DNA of 63,915 nt, counting the filler, from Thelocarpon superellum (lineage: Eukaryota): NCBI GenBank assembly GCA_026025795.1. It is 3 parts of 3 records of this genome, joined end to end, with 100 filler letters (N's around TTAATTAATTAA, not from the genome) between each part and the next. Parts side by side here need not be neighbours in the genome. Positions count along the whole stretch, not along the records: positions 47,751 to 63,915 come from JAPEUG010000395.1; 2 more parts are not named here. One strand, 5' to 3'. Shown one piece after another: positions 63,509 to 63,915 of this stretch. The position numbers and the translations under genes were made by a program. Under the pieces are notes generated by a model. The model worked only from the letters and a program-made list of their open reading frames with translations. It made no database searches and was not told the origin of the DNA. Position 1 is the first letter of the stretch; every line of letters starts with the position of its first letter.

Positions 63509-63904
63509 TCAGGTCAGTGCTCTTGAGATCCTTGTACTTATTGTTGAATCCTGATGCAACAGGACCAATGAGAAGATCTGGTTCCCCACGTCCTGCAATT
63601 CAGGTGGAAATTTGTAGCTCCTTCGACTAGCCCAGATTATCGCCTTCCAGTTGTCGCCAAACCCAACTTCGGCGATCTTGAGGGCGTCGAGTAAGTTGTT
63701 CAGGACAAACACCTGCAGGATGGCAGCCGGCTCATAGTCCTCTCGGGCTCGGGCATATCGAGCGTATCGTTCCACTGTCTCCTTTTCTGGTGGGCAGGAG
63801 GGGCAGTGCTTTGGAACACAGAAATATCTAGGATTTATATAGAGATGACGAGGTGGAGGGTCCTTTTGCGTCGCCACATCGTGGAAATCTTTGGCACGCG
63901 ACAA
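63509..63904 (-). CDS. Unrecognised ORF near the window edge (possibly the 3' part of a gene or element)
   Basis: 131-aa ORF with protein-like composition; no family recognised. Confidence 0.3.
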   Translation of the reverse strand: MSRAKDFHDVATQKDPPPRHLYINPRYFCVPKHCPSCPPEKETVERYARYARAREDYEPAAILQVFVLNNLLDALKIAEVGFGDNWKAIIWASRRSYKFPPELQDVGNQIFSLVLLHQDSTISTRISRALT

Positions 63905-63915
63905 TTTGCCTGCTC

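Overview
GC-rich, intron-containing genomic DNA from a filamentous ascomycete (Pezizomycotina-type genes; short GT-AG introns with CTRAC/CTRAY branch sites). The window is three separate contigs joined by artificial 100-nt N-TTAATTAATTAA-N linkers (23821-23920 and 47651-47750), so linkage holds only within each block. Block 1 (1-23820): class IV chitin synthase (CHS3), a VOC/glyoxalase gene, a secreted GH16 glucanase, the Chs3 activator SKT5/CHS4, the DHHC palmitoyltransferase PFA4, then a D-2-hydroxyacid dehydrogenase and a DapA-family aldolase. Block 2 (23921-47650): 3' end of an ABCC transporter, ADI1, SMI1/KNR4, a PTH11-like membrane protein, a PNRC/Edc1-motif protein, RBX1, SPC1, an ALR1-type Mg transporter, HTD2 and eRF1 (SUP45). 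Block 3 (47751-63915): a decayed retrotransposon gag, NUD1/cdc11, a conserved hypothetical gene and KCS1. Highlights: (i) the eRF1 3' end has a UGA-CGG leaky-stop context, a 93-codon open readthrough frame and a canonical 3'UTR intron inside it, the architecture of a readthrough/NMD autoregulatory circuit; (ii) Chs3, its activator and its palmitoyltransferase lie together with a glucanase within about 17.5 kb. Gene identities come from motif recognition by eye; no database searches were run.
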